NCBI GenBank assembly: GCA_963815115.1
Contig: CAWFFN010000005.1
Coordinates: forward strand, 1,440,001 to 1,504,000
DNA: 64,000 bases
Direction of reading: 5' to 3'
Source: an uncultured delta proteobacterium
GTDB lineage: Bacteria; Desulfobacterota; Binatia; DP-6
Below the pieces are notes generated by a model that did no database searches, was not told the DNA's origin, and saw only the letters and a list, made by a program, of their open reading frames with translations. Shown one piece after another: positions 61,606-64,000 of the stretch. A program made the translations under genes and the position numbers. Numbering within the stretch: position 1 is the stretch's first letter; the number at the start of each line of letters is the position of its first letter.

Positions 61606-63801
61606 TCAGGTCACGAACACCACGAGGGGGCCGGGTCCCGTGATCGTGCCCTGGCCCGTCGGCGGTCCGAGCACCGCGTTGCCGACGAAGACCGTGTCGC
61701 CGCCGTGGCAGCCCGCGACATCGAGCCCGCCGACATTGTTCGTCATGCCCTCGTACAGGAGGTCGTTCGTCGTCTGGAGGTACACTGGGAGCCCCGCGAC
61801 CGGTGCCCCGACCGCGTCGAGCGCGAACACCGTGACGTGACCGACGAAGCGGTCTTCGTCCTTGTTCACGACCGAGCACTGGGTGGCGACGATCGGGTGG
61901 GCCCCGGGCGGCGCACCGAGCACGGGGGGGAAGGTGATGCTGCCGAGGATCGAGTCGCGATCGAGCGGGGTCAGGATGCGCCAGCGATCGGCGGCGTCGA
62001 CGTAACGGCTCCGGAGCTTCTCCCAGCACGGGGTGCTTCCCTCCCACGTGCCGTCGGCGTGGGGGTTCTCCTCGCGTCCGGAGCAGATCTTCGGCGCGCG
62101 GCTCTGGAGCCACATCATGCAGGAGGCGATCGGGTTTCCGGGAGGCGCCTTCAGCTTGAATCCCCCGGGGCTCGTCGGATCCGGCAGCGCCGGATCGAGC
62201 ACGGTGAAGGGGTTCGTCACGACGAACAGGTTGCTGCTGCAGGCCTTGCCGGGATTGTTGTCCTCGTACTCGTCGCTCAGGTCGAAGCCGTAGTGCCCGA
62301 ACTCGTGGGCGTGGGTCGGCGGGGTGTCCGAGCGTGACATCTGCATCGAGCTGCCGAGCGCGTTGTTGCCGAGGAAGCCGCCCGTCACGTTGTTCACCTC
62401 CGCCCGCAGGTTGGCGTCCGCGTGCACGCGGTAGTCGGAGTCGTCATAGGCCTGGCGGTCGTCCATGACGGTGCAGCGGTCGATGAAGTACTGGCCGTCG
62501 GTGGCGTTGAAGAGGAAGCGCGAGGCGGCGATGATCTTGTCGCGCTCGAGGATGAGGTCCGCCATGTCGCCGTCCCACTCGAGGCTTGCGAGGATGTTGA
62601 GCCCGAAGAGTACGCGGTCCTTCCGGACGGTGGTGACGATCAGCTGGCTCGGGTCCGACGGCTTCGCCGGCGTCACCTTGCCGTCGAACCCGACCCAGGC
62701 GTTGGTCAGGTAGACGCGGTAGTTCCAGTTCTGGATCGAGTTCGCCATGTGCGTGTTGCGGTAGGTCGGGTGCTCGAGAATGAGCTTCCGGACGTAGATG
62801 TTCCGCGGCAGCGTGATGACGCCGAGGTCGAGCATGCCCCCCGCGTCGGTCGTGCCGGCGGCGATCGTGTCGACGAACACCTCCGCGCCCGGCACCGGGT
62901 TGCGTGACTCGTCGAGTACCAGGAGGAAGACGTCCGGGCCGGCCGGCTTGACCGGGAAGGGCGGGAACGGGGCGGGCGCGAAGGTGGAGTTCGCCTTCTT
63001 GAGCTTCACGGTGCCGGCGATGCCGTGGCTCGGGTCGAAGACCTGGTCGAACCCCGCGACGTCGGTCGCGTCCACCTCGACCCGGTTGAAGTGCCACTCG
63101 TCGTTGCCGCTCGGCAGGAATGTCAGGCTGATGCTCCGCGCCTTGTCGCGGGGGACGGGCGGGCTCAGCGGCACCATGAAGTAGTTGCGGTTGTGGTCGA
63201 CGAGCTTGACCGAGGACGGGACCAGGACGAACGTGCGCGGCGCCTCGCCGTCGATGCCGAAGGCGAGGTTGACGGTGCTGCCCCCCTCGAGGTTGTCGTC
63301 GTCGGTGTCGATGCCGACGGCGAGGGAGACCATGTCCCGCAGCTTCGAGGGATCGAAGGACGGGAGGACGCCCGAGAAGGCCGTGCCGTCGTTCTCGAAC
63401 TTGTGGTCGAGCACCGCGTCGGCGAACGCCGTCTGGGTAGCGGAGCTGCCCATGCGAACGCTCATCGAGCGGAGGACCCACTGGTCGTCATTGAGGCCTC
63501 CGCCCCGGTCGGCGACGAAGCGGATGCCGATCCGCCGGACGTCCGTCCGGTCGACCACCTGACCGATCGGGTGCTGGGAGAACGGGGTGAGGGTGTTGTC
63601 CGGCAGGCGGGTGCCACCGGCCACGCTCGGCACGACGACGAGGCTGTTGTCGCCCAGCTCGAGCAGCAGGTCCGCCCGGCTCCCGGCGCGGAAGTCGTCG
63701 TTGCCGGTCATGAGCTGGACCGAGACGAAGTCGTCGGCACGGAGCGGCGGGGCCGCCGCGACGAGCCCGAGCAGGGCCAGCACACCAATGGTCTTCGCCA
63801 T
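61606..63801 (-). CDS. secreted zinc metalloprotease with CLCA-N-like domain and tandem N-terminal beta domains
   Basis: GGAGGA RBS, signal peptide, ASRFLFNATDGQYF, HEFGHYGFDLSDEY, SCMM, PCWEKL. Confidence 0.75.
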   Translation of the reverse strand: MAKTIGVLALLGLVAAAPPLRADDFVSVQLMTGNDDFRAGSRADLLLELGDNSLVVVPSVAGGTRLPDNTLTPFSQHPIGQVVDRTDVRRIGIRFVADRGGGLNDDQWVLRSMSVRMGSSATQTAFADAVLDHKFENDGTAFSGVLPSFDPSKLRDMVSLAVGIDTDDDNLEGGSTVNLAFGIDGEAPRTFVLVPSSVKLVDHNRNYFMVPLSPPVPRDKARSISLTFLPSGNDEWHFNRVEVDATDVAGFDQVFDPSHGIAGTVKLKKANSTFAPAPFPPFPVKPAGPDVFLLVLDESRNPVPGAEVFVDTIAAGTTDAGGMLDLGVITLPRNIYVRKLILEHPTYRNTHMANSIQNWNYRVYLTNAWVGFDGKVTPAKPSDPSQLIVTTVRKDRVLFGLNILASLEWDGDMADLILERDKIIAASRFLFNATDGQYFIDRCTVMDDRQAYDDSDYRVHADANLRAEVNNVTGGFLGNNALGSSMQMSRSDTPPTHAHEFGHYGFDLSDEYEDNNPGKACSSNLFVVTNPFTVLDPALPDPTSPGGFKLKAPPGNPIASCMMWLQSRAPKICSGREENPHADGTWEGSTPCWEKLRSRYVDAADRWRILTPLDRDSILGSITFPPVLGAPPGAHPIVATQCSVVNKDEDRFVGHVTVFALDAVGAPVAGLPVYLQTTNDLLYEGMTNNVGGLDVAGCHGGDTVFVGNAVLGPPTGQGTITGPGPLVVFVT

Positions 63802-63811
63802 GGGTCCTCCG

Positions 63812-64000
63812 TCACGGAACCGGAACCGCGGCCACGTAGGTCGCGTCGAAGCGCCCCTGGATGCCGCCGACGCCGACCGCGGGGTTGAACGTCGTCGGGA
63901 CCGCGTGCCAGGTGCCGCCGAGGTCGGTGAAGATCACGACCGGCTTACCCGCGAGGCGCGGGTCGAGCGGACCGTCGTCAGTCATGGGCGCCAGGTACTC
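63812..64000 (-). CDS. C-terminal part of a hypothetical protein (runs off the window)
   Basis: Open frame EYLAPMTDDGPLDPRLAGKPVVIF...AAVPVP* ends 10 nt before the next ATG. Confidence 0.55.
   Translation of the reverse strand, partial: EYLAPMTDDGPLDPRLAGKPVVIFTDLGGTWHAVPTTFNPAVGVGGIQGRFDATYVAAVPVP

Overview
Very GC-rich bacterial DNA. Secreted proteins with TTTTTLP linkers and Cys-rich repeats suggest a deltaproteobacterial lineage such as Ca. Binatia (inference). Many genes carry frameshifts, most densely at ~31-35 kb, which look like uncorrected long-read errors. Layout: (1) 1-4980, an atypical cbb3-type heme-copper oxidase operon (cytochrome c, ccoN, ccoO, extended ccoS, stand-alone CcoP-N-like peptide, ccoI Cu-ATPase). 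(2) 5-14 kb, secreted and accessory genes: Cys-rich protein, decayed methyltransferase, lipase, PHM-like Cu monooxygenase, two surface proteins sharing a basic helical C-terminal domain, and a PhyH dioxygenase. (3) A ~37.7 kb block bracketed by a ~140 bp direct repeat of the phyH 3' region. It holds a sensor kinase, a sigma54 activator, a circularly permuted PIG-L deacetylase lipoprotein and a large Wzx/Wzy/Wzc/Wza exopolysaccharide cluster rich in tailoring enzymes, apparently driven by back-to-back sigma54 promoters. (4) 51.6-64 kb, secreted proteins including a candidate clan-CD cysteine protease and a CLCA-like zinc metalloprotease, plus a methyltransferase, a CBS protein and a STAND-type ATPase/TPR regulator. 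No rRNA, tRNA, CRISPR array, transposase or integrase was recognised.
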